DNA of 64,000 nucleotides, taken from the IMG/VR virus record IMGVR_UViG_3300036762_000065, positions 160,001-224,000 of that record, one strand, 5' to 3'. This stretch comes from a virus (taxonomy: Duplodnaviria; Caudoviricetes). The position numbers and the translations under genes are program-made. Shown piece after piece: positions 55,902-64,000 of the stretch. The first letter of the stretch is position 1, and every line of letters starts with the position of its first letter. Under the pieces are notes generated by a model that was not told the origin of the DNA, ran no database searches, and saw only the letters and a list, made by a program, of their open reading frames with translations.

Positions 55902-56939
55902 CTATTTACAATTTTCGTTTTTCATCTGAATACGCATTCTATTTAGTTCTTTATCCGAGAAAAACTCCCCTACATCTAAGTACAGTCTTGCACACCCGTG
56001 AGGATCAACACTCTTTGCCAAGTACTGAACTATCACGTTAAACTCTTGCTTTATATAATTGTCAGATAGTGTGATTTTATCCGACAATGTGGAGTGTAAG
56101 TTTTTATCATTGTCATCATCGTCTCCTGAGGATAATGAATCCAAGCTTACACTGAAATTTATATCTCCTGTAGTGTGGTTTGCTATTTTCTTTCTGTGGG
56201 ATTGTGGTATAGTGTACGCTATGCCATACTCGTGATCTGAGGTACTGCTAGTTTGTGCATTTAAAATCCACCAATTAACATACGAGGTTAAGGCTCCTTT
56301 GTTACTATCATACTTATCAATAGCAACAAGGATACTTTTTAAAATAGACTGTCTTGCATCTTTGAAATCAAAATTTAAGGCGCTATTGGACCTTATATAT
56401 TGTTTAGCTTGGTTTGAACTGTGTTTAACATAGTGTCCCAGTATGACTGCACGGTAGTTATAAAACTTAGTTAAATAGCTTTGCGTTATATTCATTATTC
56501 TATATAACCCTTGCCTATCGCAACCGACAGACTCCGCTATCAAGTCTAATGAGTTTTTAAGAAATTTCCTGTCCTCTTTTGTTGATGTGAGGTACTGATT
56601 ATATATAGTTAAATAATCAGAATGGGTTGTTAGAAATTTAGATATGAATGTGTGTGTAAAGGAGCGTTCTATCCTAGTATCTCTTATTATACGGAACTTC
56701 TCTTGTCTGTCTTCAGGTCGTGTAAGCGCAAGATACTTACACAAATGTTGTATGGCTAAGTTACGGTCTAGTGAGCTTAGCCTACGTTTTCTATTTTGAG
56801 AAATAACAGAAAGTACATATCTGACCTGTGAGTCGAAAACATTAGAGTTCAATACTATAGGTTCCAGCGCCTTATAAAGAAACAAATCTAAAGTTTGTTG
56901 TATCTGCTCTCCTGTAAGATTCTTGTCCGCTGCGCTCAT
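55902..56939 (-). CDS. Sigma70-family RNA polymerase sigma factor
   Basis: Region 2 DARQ...AIDKYD..KGALTSYVNWWI.NA, then IP and VSLD. Confidence 0.8.
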   Translation of the reverse strand: MSAADKNLTGEQIQQTLDLFLYKALEPIVLNSNVFDSQVRYVLSVISQNRKRRLSSLDRNLAIQHLCKYLALTRPEDRQEKFRIIRDTRIERSFTHTFISKFLTTHSDYLTIYNQYLTSTKEDRKFLKNSLDLIAESVGCDRQGLYRIMNITQSYLTKFYNYRAVILGHYVKHSSNQAKQYIRSNSALNFDFKDARQSILKSILVAIDKYDSNKGALTSYVNWWILNAQTSSTSDHEYGIAYTIPQSHRKKIANHTTGDINFSVSLDSLSSGDDDDNDKNLHSTLSDKITLSDNYIKQEFNVIVQYLAKSVDPHGCARLYLDVGEFFSDKELNRMRIQMKNENCK

Positions 56940-56952
56940 AAAAACCTCAACA

Positions 56953-57669
56953 TCAAACTTCTACTGTAGTAGTGCCTTTTGCGTAAGGTCTAATATTGTT
57001 AGCAGGCGAACTACTCATATCATTTCTATTTACACTTTCGATAGAAAGCTCTTCCGGTATCTTGAGTACATCAATTTCTATATCAGGAAGCTGCTCTACC
57101 GTACAAGGAGAACTCTCCTTGTTAATAGTCTTGTCCGATCTATATAAAGTAATGATCGCTTCAGGTTTAATTTTCCCGTCAATGTTGATACGCTTCTTTA
57201 GTCCTGTACCAGCATCCCTTGAATTTAAAGTATATTCAAGTAAATATTCTATAGTGCAAAACAGTTCTTCTTTGTCTGCGTTCGCGGCTTTAAGCTCTGC
57301 TTCAAACTTCTTTTTCTTGTGTTGGGACTCTCCGAAGTTTTTTCTACCCAAATCCAGGTCTACGGACATACTGTTTAATTTTGTTTCGTATTCCTTAGCA
57401 TTGGCATTCAACTTATTTTTCAACTGTATGTTTTCTACCATAGTATCGGCTTCAGATTCCATGAGTCGATTGCGCTGGATACGTACAGCTACCAAAGCAG
57501 CCTCTGCTTGATTTGCTTTAGACTCGGCAAACACCTTACCGTTATGTGCAAGTGCGGCCTTCTCGTCCAGTTGCTTCAACTTTACAAGAGTGTTTTGTAA
57601 CTCTTCTTGCAACAGGTCTAGTTTGGTATGCTCTTTAGCAGACGCTTCTACTATTTCTTGTTCTGGCAT
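56953..57669 (-). CDS. Coiled-coil hypothetical protein
   Basis: GAGG RBS; heptad pattern. Confidence 0.7.
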   Translation of the reverse strand: MPEQEIVEASAKEHTKLDLLQEELQNTLVKLKQLDEKAALAHNGKVFAESKANQAEAALVAVRIQRNRLMESEADTMVENIQLKNKLNANAKEYETKLNSMSVDLDLGRKNFGESQHKKKKFEAELKAANADKEELFCTIEYLLEYTLNSRDAGTGLKKRINIDGKIKPEAIITLYRSDKTINKESSPCTVEQLPDIEIDVLKIPEELSIESVNRNDMSSSPANNIRPYAKGTTTVEV

Positions 57670-57678
57670 TTCAAATCC

Positions 57679-59412
57679 TCACAGGTTTTCTTTTATGATT
57701 TTAACAGAGAGTGCTACCAAGTGTTTACATAAACCGTATGCAAATTGCGGATTTGTATAAACAGGAGCATCACCATTACCGTATATAATTCTACTAGCTC
57801 CATAAGAAGCGTTTGCCCACTCCCATCTGAAAACGTAGTCCTCGCAATTGTGGGCAACTACACCTCCGTTGACAACAAAACGATGTACTATAGGCACATT
57901 TATATCGTACACATCATGTTCTCCAGAATAGTGCTTCTTAGTTACCTTAGTTGTCAATACTCTAGGTCTAAAAGGCTTAAACACATACGTATAAAATCTT
58001 TCAGATAGTTCTAAATAATCACGCAGTTCAAAAAAAGATTTGGCTGATATACTCAGACAATACATATCTTTAGAGGCTTTAAAGACACATCCTGTTTTTC
58101 TATCCGTATTTACTACAGTACCAGCTTTACGTTCTAGGCGTATCGAGGTATCCGAAAACCCGTACCTAATCAATGCTTCAAATATAGGTTTCAAATATAA
58201 ACCACTGCCTCGCAATAATAATGATTTTATCATATTATTCTTACTAGACACACTAGCATCTGCACTAATTAAACCAGATAGATATCCGAAGAACTGTTCC
58301 TTAGTTTTAAAGCAAGGAACCCCTGTATTATCGTAGTTGTATCTCCAAGCTAACTCTTTGGCTTTATGGTTGAATGCGTATACCGCTGCTTTTTTACCAC
58401 TTATTTTTCTACGGGCCATAGCTCTAATAAGTCCCATATCAATGAAGTGTTTACAGAAGTTAAACTTATCTGAATTAAAAACTTTTAAATCGAAGGTTTT
58501 AGAACTAGGACCTCCTGTAACAGTACCGTCACCTTGCATAAATCCAAGAAATCGCATGTTATAAAACTCTGATGTTTTATCAGGTAAAGCAGTATAGGCT
58601 CTAGTTAAAACCAAATTGTCTCCTTGATTTATATCTCGCAACTCTTTCCAAACAAGGCCACTCCTAGATTCTTTTACTAAAAACCTGTGATCTTCTGTAG
58701 CATCAACGCTTTCTCCGTTGGAAAACTCAAGTTTAAATGTCGGCTTTCGTCCTGTGTAGAAAGGGGCAGTTCCTGGATAATACTTTCCATCTACCAAATA
58801 CTTTATTGGCGTGCTATTTAAGTTAAAATCCTCGGCTATTTCGTACACAGTCTTCCAGCCTTTGGAAGTTAATACTTTTGTTTTGCCTGAAATGCAATTG
58901 CATGAAACTATAACGCGCTTGTGTTTATTAACAGGTACTTCTACTAAAGGATCGTGAGAAGGACTCGTATCGAGCCCTATAATAAAAGTATCGTGAGGGC
59001 GTTTTACTTTAACCGGTCTCCAAGGATCATCTGTTAAAGTAACTGACTGAATAGCAGGCATACCAGAACGAGTATTTGTTTTACTTAGCTTAATGACGTT
59101 AACATCGGTTGCATTATTAATCATCAAACGAGGTGTGTTGCGTAACAACTTTCTAAGTGTTAGCCCCTTGAGCGTTTGAGAAGTTTCCGGTAATTGCTTA
59201 GGCTGTTGCGGATTTAATCCGCTTTTCTTGTACGGCAATCCTTTAGCTACTCGTTGTTTAGACTGTGTTGCTTTCTTTGCAGCAGGTTTAACGGAAGCTC
59301 GTTTAGCGGCACTAGGTCTTCCGCTAGTATTCTTACGTGATTTGGGCACAGTTTTTATTTTGCTTTTAGAGGGACTTAAACTTCCTCGTTTTGGGCGAGC
59401 CATAATAACCAC
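57679..59412 (-). CDS. SWIM Zn-finger protein with basic N-terminus, intein-interrupted
   Basis: The spliced extein reads VSCN|CEDY.FRWE...GLCKHL. Confidence 0.85.
   Translation of the reverse strand: MVIMARPKRGSLSPSKSKIKTVPKSRKNTSGRPSAAKRASVKPAAKKATQSKQRVAKGLPYKKSGLNPQQPKQLPETSQTLKGLTLRKLLRNTPRLMINNATDVNVIKLSKTNTRSGMPAIQSVTLTDDPWRPVKVKRPHDTFIIGLDTSPSHDPLVEVPVNKHKRVIVSCNCISGKTKVLTSKGWKTVYEIAEDFNLNSTPIKYLVDGKYYPGTAPFYTGRKPTFKLEFSNGESVDATEDHRFLVKESRSGLVWKELRDINQGDNLVLTRAYTALPDKTSEFYNMRFLGFMQGDGTVTGGPSSKTFDLKVFNSDKFNFCKHFIDMGLIRAMARRKISGKKAAVYAFNHKAKELAWRYNYDNTGVPCFKTKEQFFGYLSGLISADASVSSKNNMIKSLLLRGSGLYLKPIFEALIRYGFSDTSIRLERKAGTVVNTDRKTGCVFKASKDMYCLSISAKSFFELRDYLELSERFYTYVFKPFRPRVLTTKVTKKHYSGEHDVYDINVPIVHRFVVNGGVVAHNCEDYVFRWEWANASYGASRIIYGNGDAPVYTNPQFAYGLCKHLVALSVKIIKENL
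57847..58896 (-). mobile_element. Intein with LAGLIDADG endonuclease (350 aa)
   Basis: Starts CISGKT, has ATEDHRF, FLGFMQGDG, YLSGLISADA and VYDI, ends VAHN before Cys. Confidence 0.92.
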
Positions 59413-59414
59413 CT

Positions 59415-60293
59415 TTACATTTTTTGCCTCTGTTTTGCTTTAGCCTTGCGCAAGAGCTTACTTTTCTTCCTGTTTTTAACTTTCTTTTTCCTAGCTTTTT
59501 CTATGTTTACAACACCTTTATAGTTACCTGCAGTGCGATTTTCCTTTATAGCACGAAACTGTTGTTGTGATATGTAGGTATCAACCTCTAATAAATAAGA
59601 TCGGAATAACTCATCCTTAACATCATCCGGCATATGCTTATTTAAACTAGACATGGAGTAGGCTAAACTATTTGTATCTATTGAACTATTAGAAAAGCTT
59701 TGCTGTAGTTTAATTACAGTCTCTTCCTCAGACAACCCACCTTCTGCTATTTTAGAGAAATCCTCAAGTACAGGATGTGTGTATAATTTTTCTCCTATGT
59801 GAGTATCTTCATCCACACTCAACTCAAAAGTACCTGAACTCTCAAACGTAAACGCAACACATCCGGTTTCTTCAAAGGGGTTTTCCACTTCTGCTTTACG
59901 TAGTCCTTCAAACCAAGTTATGTGTAGATTATTTTCTTTGTCTATTTCGCGTAGGCTAAAACGTGAAGATTCTTGTTGTACTATATCAGAAAAAACATCA
60001 ATTGCACTATAACCTTCATAGGCGTTTATAGTTAACGCTCTACCTAGCTCTGTAATTACAGAATAAGGCACTTCGGATACAGACAACATAAGTAAATTAC
60101 TTTCTACTTTAACATCATGGACATACGGTAAATACTTTGACGTTATTAATGCTAAATTTATAGCGGCAAAATAATTAAAGTCTTGTTTATCGTAGTAATG
60201 TAAAATAACGCCGTTGTTCTCTAGGGTTGACAGGTTATCATGCGTTAATCTTAATTCCCATGTCCACTTATCTTCTGTATGTGTTTGCATCAT
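59415..60293 (-). CDS. Hypothetical protein
   Basis: 292 aa with basic C-terminus. Confidence 0.7.
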   Translation of the reverse strand: MMQTHTEDKWTWELRLTHDNLSTLENNGVILHYYDKQDFNYFAAINLALITSKYLPYVHDVKVESNLLMLSVSEVPYSVITELGRALTINAYEGYSAIDVFSDIVQQESSRFSLREIDKENNLHITWFEGLRKAEVENPFEETGCVAFTFESSGTFELSVDEDTHIGEKLYTHPVLEDFSKIAEGGLSEEETVIKLQQSFSNSSIDTNSLAYSMSSLNKHMPDDVKDELFRSYLLEVDTYISQQQFRAIKENRTAGNYKGVVNIEKARKKKVKNRKKSKLLRKAKAKQRQKM

Positions 60294-60299
60294 TACATC

Positions 60300-60719
60300 C
60301 TATATAAGTTTAGCTTCATCACCGTTGTGTTTTAACTCATCTTGCATCTTTTGTCTAACAGTCGATGCGTACTCTTCTGGGAGTTTGCCAGAAAAAGCAT
60401 GAAAAGGAAAAGGTGTAGTCCTATCAGCTTGCCACTTTTTTATAGTCTCCATAAATAAGCAGTAGCCTATAAGCACCTCAGAAGGTATTTCAACAAGTGC
60501 CTGCAACTCATTCATATGAATATCGGTTATAGTGAACCGCATGTCGTTTTTATCTAAATCATAATAAGATATGAAATAATACAACGGTGTTTTAAATTCA
60601 GGGTGGTAGAACTCTTTGTCTTCGAATGGCTTTATAACATAAACGGCAGTTCTTAGGTCATTAAGCTTTCTCTCTATCTCAACAGCTTCCGTCTGTAATT
60701 CTTGATACGTTATGCTCAT
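60300..60719 (-). CDS. Hypothetical protein
   Basis: Co-directional ORF. Confidence 0.65.
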   Translation of the reverse strand: MSITYQELQTEAVEIERKLNDLRTAVYVIKPFEDKEFYHPEFKTPLYYFISYYDLDKNDMRFTITDIHMNELQALVEIPSEVLIGYCLFMETIKKWQADRTTPFPFHAFSGKLPEEYASTVRQKMQDELKHNGDEAKLI

Positions 60720-61398
60720 AACTTAAAGTTCCTGTCTCTGATACTTTTAGGTTTGAAATAATAAGTAGATTTTTAGAAATATCTTTAGAAAATACTTGGC
60801 TCTTTGTTAATGCGTAAAACTCAAGAGGATTATGTCTGAGTTTTTCAGATAACCATCCGACCCTGTCTACCAGAGTGCCGCTGCTCGGATGCATTTTAAT
60901 TAACATCCAGTGATCTGCCGTAAGTCCTTGCATAGCACACATGTAGTTATACGCTTTCCACAGTAGGTCGTAATAATACTCCTCAGCTTGGCATAGTTGA
61001 TGGGCTTCGTGTTCAAGATAATCTTTATATTTTCTGTAGGGATTTATAAGTCTCTTAAGATCGCGTATAAAAGAAAGTTCTCGCCTACATTCATCCAAAC
61101 ACGCTTGGGCAATAGGGGTTCGTGCAATAGTTTCTTGTATAAATGCGTTAGCTAGATGTTTGTTTCCTTCCGTTTCAAACATTAGACTATTGTTGATGGC
61201 AGAGTGTTTCTCAGTGTCGAGAATAGCTTTATTTCCTATGATCTTTGCTTGGGACCTTTCGGATTCTGCTTTAGATATGTTTATAGAAAATTCACGGTCT
61301 TCTTCAAGTTCGCATAGTATCCTATAAGCCTCGTCTATTGTGTGGCAATTACCCAGAATTTGATATACAACCTGATATCTACTATGTTTCCAGTGCAT
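60679..61398 (-). CDS. Hypothetical protein
   Basis: 239 aa, helical. Confidence 0.7.
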   Translation of the reverse strand: MHWKHSRYQVVYQILGNCHTIDEAYRILCELEEDREFSINISKAESERSQAKIIGNKAILDTEKHSAINNSLMFETEGNKHLANAFIQETIARTPIAQACLDECRRELSFIRDLKRLINPYRKYKDYLEHEAHQLCQAEEYYYDLLWKAYNYMCAMQGLTADHWMLIKMHPSSGTLVDRVGWLSEKLRHNPLEFYALTKSQVFSKDISKNLLIISNLKVSETGTLSYEHNVSRITDGSC

Positions 61399-61456
61399 TA
61401 TATTAACTCTGCTTTGTTATTAGATTAATATTTAATAGAATAAACGCTGATCTAAT

Positions 61457-61484
61457 AACAAAGGCGGCCAATGCCGCCTTTGTT
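61457..61484 (-). terminator. Rho-independent terminator
   Basis: AACAAAGGCGGC/GCCGCCTTTGTT stem. Confidence 0.7.
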
Positions 61485-61517
61485 CTGTAGGTAAAACTCA
61501 CGTACTACAGCATATTA

Positions 61518-62150
61518 CTACATTTCGTCAAAGTCATCAAAGTCATCGAAGTCATCTGCGGCAGGTGCTGCTTTCTTTGCAGGACGCTTTGCACTTGCTT
61601 TCTTTGCAGGAGCTTCTTCCAAAGACTCACTACTACGAACCCGTCGAGTTTTACGAGCCGGAGCGTCTTCCGCTTCAACTTCTTTACGAATCCGTCGAGT
61701 TTTACGAGCTGGTGCAGCTTCCGCTTCAGCGGCTTTTGCTCGGCGAGACTTACGTGCTGGAGCCGGAGCGTCTTCCGCTTCAACTTCTTTACGAATCCGT
61801 CGAGTTTTACGAGCTGGTGCAGCTTCCGCTTCAGCGGCTTTTGCTCGGCGAGACTTACGTGCTGGAGCCGGAGCGTCTTCCGCTTCAACTTCTTTACGAA
61901 TCCGTCGAGTTTTACGAGCTGGTGCAGCTTCCGCTTCAGCGGCTTTTGCTCGGCGAGACTTACGTGCTGGAGCAGATCCTGTTGTTGAAGTTCCGCTGTC
62001 AACAGCCTCTAACTGTGCGTCCGTACTTGATAAAATTTCTTCAAGTTTAGTACGTTGTGTATCGAGAGTTTTTAACGCGGCTTCTGCATTACGCTTTTGC
62101 TTTTTCAGCGCGGAAACAAGTGGTCGTTTTTGTAATTCAATCGTAGACAT
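61518..62150 (-). CDS. Histone-like A/P/R/K repeat protein
   Basis: N-terminal coiled coil, three 35-aa repeats, (DDF)n tail. Confidence 0.75.
   Translation of the reverse strand: MSTIELQKRPLVSALKKQKRNAEAALKTLDTQRTKLEEILSSTDAQLEAVDSGTSTTGSAPARKSRRAKAAEAEAAPARKTRRIRKEVEAEDAPAPARKSRRAKAAEAEAAPARKTRRIRKEVEAEDAPAPARKSRRAKAAEAEAAPARKTRRIRKEVEAEDAPARKTRRVRSSESLEEAPAKKASAKRPAKKAAPAADDFDDFDDFDEM
61659..61973 (-). repeat. 105-bp coding tandem repeat x3
   Basis: Encodes APARKSRRAKAAEAEAAPARKTRRIRKEVEAEDAP. Confidence 0.9.
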
Positions 62151-62202
62151 AATTAAATATTCCTTTGTTTAAAGAGTTTTTGTTCAAGCAAAACGGATCA
62201 GA

Positions 62203-62604
62203 CTAAACCTCGTCATCTTCCCATTCATCATCATCTTCCTCATCATCTTCCTCATCATCTTCGAAGTCGTCATCTTCCTCATCATCTTCGAAGTCGTCAT
62301 CTTCCTCATCATCTTCGAAGTCGTCATCTTCCTCATCATCTTCGAAGTCGTCATCCTCACCATCATCTTCGAAGTCGTCATCTTCCTCATCATCTTCGAA
62401 GTCGTCAGAATCGTCCTCATCTAGGAGATCATCTTCTTCGGATTCAGGAAGTTCTGTACTCAACTCCTCAACTAGAGAGTTTAAGGTGTACCCGCTCTCT
62501 TGGGCTTGGTATAAAAAACTCAACATGCTTTCAGCAGCAACAACAGAAAGATTAAGTTGTGGTTTTTTAGCGGATTTGCTGGATTTGCCGGACGTTCTAG
62601 TCAT
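62203..62604 (-). CDS. Highly acidic protein
   Basis: 27-bp repeats encoding EDDEEDDDF. Confidence 0.75.
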   Translation of the reverse strand: MTRTSGKSSKSAKKPQLNLSVVAAESMLSFLYQAQESGYTLNSLVEELSTELPESEEDDLLDEDDSDDFEDDEEDDDFEDDGEDDDFEDDEEDDDFEDDEEDDDFEDDEEDDDFEDDEEDDEEDDDEWEDDEV

Positions 62605-62664
62605 TATATAGCACCTTATGTGTATTGTATGGTTTGTGTTACTTCGTTATATTTACAGTTTTAA

Positions 62665-63405
62665 TTACAAATGGTCTTCATCGTCATCGTCTTCAAAGTC
62701 TTCCTCTTCATCGTCTTCAAAGTCTTCCTCTTCATCGTCTTCAAAGTCTTCCTCTTCATCGTCTTCATCGTCTTCAAAGTCTTCCTCTTCGTCTTCGTAA
62801 TCTTCCTCGTCTTCAAAGTCTTCTTCTTCGTCCTCGTAATCTTCCTCGTCCTCGTCTAATTCTTCTTCTTCGTCCTCGTCCTCTTCATCCCGGCGCTTGC
62901 CGGAAACAGGTTTATCATCTTTATGCCTAAACGTGTTTTTATTTTGCGAGTCTTCGTCGGAGAATATTTCGTACTCTACACCGTCTCGGTGATACAACGT
63001 TACAGTCTCGTCCGTAGCCGTATCGTTAATTACTAAATTTCCAAAATCATCGAAAGAAATAGTACCGGAATACGTAGCTATAACTTTTCTCTGAGGAATA
63101 ATAATCTGAGAGGTCTCTCCTGCATCTCCGAATAAGGAAATGATATCGTCAGGATTAAACACACTTATACGCATTTTCTTTGAAGCTGCACTTTTCTTGT
63201 GTCGAAACAAGATGGAAGTTTTTGACTTTGCTATAAGAAACCCGTTTATCTCTACAGGAACCTTTGTTATGACGTTAGCAATAAATGTAGATTTGTGCGG
63301 ATTGATTTTACCGACACCTTTATCGACACCTCTTAGTCGTTTGTTTATCTTGTCGGAACGCGACAGTCTATTACGAGAGGTTCTATTCTTATTTCGTGTA
63401 ATCAT
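62665..63405 (-). CDS. Protein with basic N-terminus and acidic repeat tail
   Basis: EDDEEEDF repeats at the C-terminus. Confidence 0.75.
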   Translation of the reverse strand: MITRNKNRTSRNRLSRSDKINKRLRGVDKGVGKINPHKSTFIANVITKVPVEINGFLIAKSKTSILFRHKKSAASKKMRISVFNPDDIISLFGDAGETSQIIIPQRKVIATYSGTISFDDFGNLVINDTATDETVTLYHRDGVEYEIFSDEDSQNKNTFRHKDDKPVSGKRRDEEDEDEEEELDEDEEDYEDEEEDFEDEEDYEDEEEDFEDDEDDEEEDFEDDEEEDFEDDEEEDFEDDDDEDHL

Positions 63406-63508
63406 TACATTATATCCTGTTCAATTATGTTGTTACATTTACACTAAAATAAAATAGCAAGCGGGTTGTAACTTTCCAGGCGTAAATCAACCCGCCGCTA
63501 AGTAAGCG

Positions 63509-63940
63509 TTAAATAGCCTTAAGTGTTAAAATAGAACCGCCGTGTGCAAAAATTGTTCCTTTGATTTCTTGTCGAGTAAGCGAGTGCGGAAGGACTCCCA
63601 AATCATCAGCTCCTTCGACAATCGAATTTTCGATATAATCATCGGACACAACTATAAAAGGATTCGAGCCGTCTTCTTCTATGTTCAACACCTCATCAAA
63701 CAATCCACGAACACTGTCATCAACTAAGGATTCCGCGCTTATGATAAAGCCAAAGTAGAACTCTACATTCTGTTTGTCTTTAGCGAGAAGCCTAAACGCA
63801 TTGTACATAGACTTGATAGCTTTATCCTGTTTGTCAGAATCGGTCTGGCTGTACAGAATAGGAAACTGCATATTAAAGTGGAACACAGGACTAATAACAG
63901 TATCGTCACCTTGTTGTGAGTTGTTGTTCCAAGTACTCAA
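63509..63940 (-). CDS. Hypothetical protein
   Basis: TTG start; co-directional ORF. Confidence 0.6.
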   Translation of the reverse strand: MSTWNNNSQQGDDTVISPVFHFNMQFPILYSQTDSDKQDKAIKSMYNAFRLLAKDKQNVEFYFGFIISAESLVDDSVRGLFDEVLNIEEDGSNPFIVVSDDYIENSIVEGADDLGVLPHSLTRQEIKGTIFAHGGSILTLKAI

Positions 63941-64000
63941 CGCATACAGCCTTCTGATATCGAGTGCGTCATACTGTACTTCTTCGTCAATGTCGATACC

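Noticed and set aside
54375-62890. CRISPR array
   Set aside because: The repeats are in-frame coding repeats without unique spacers.

Overview
This window is a 64 kb segment of a large, AT-rich, lytic myovirus (jumbo-phage-like gene content). The host is probably a Gammaproteobacterium, since the ThyA is of the long Vibrio/Shewanella type. Bases 1-707 (minus) carry baseplate genes (gp25-like wedge, PAAR-like spike tip). Bases 793-13612 (plus) are an accessory region with a porin plus periplasmic-binding-protein pair, thyA, DHFR and many small genes. Bases 13606-64000 (minus) carry tail and structural genes, a topoisomerase IB, thymidylate kinase, a gp5-like hub, portal, an intein-containing terminase, a DnaB-like helicase, RecA/UvsX, an SSB-like protein, two sigma-like factors and several charged low-complexity proteins. 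The most striking signals are non-coding. (1) A closed ~300-nt structured RNA (6706-7003) contains a register-exact, covarying copy of the 58-nt uL11-binding GTPase-associated centre of 23S rRNA, split by a 210-nt pseudoknotted insert. (2) That RNA sits inside a small array of integron-cassette-like units bounded by attC-like sites (6408-8051), which also carry likely anti-defence genes. (3) An orphan 16-nt perfect complement of the 16S rRNA 3' end lies upstream of the portal gene. Further structured RNA candidates and a degenerate tRNA are also present. All homology calls come from motif recognition by eye, not from database searches.
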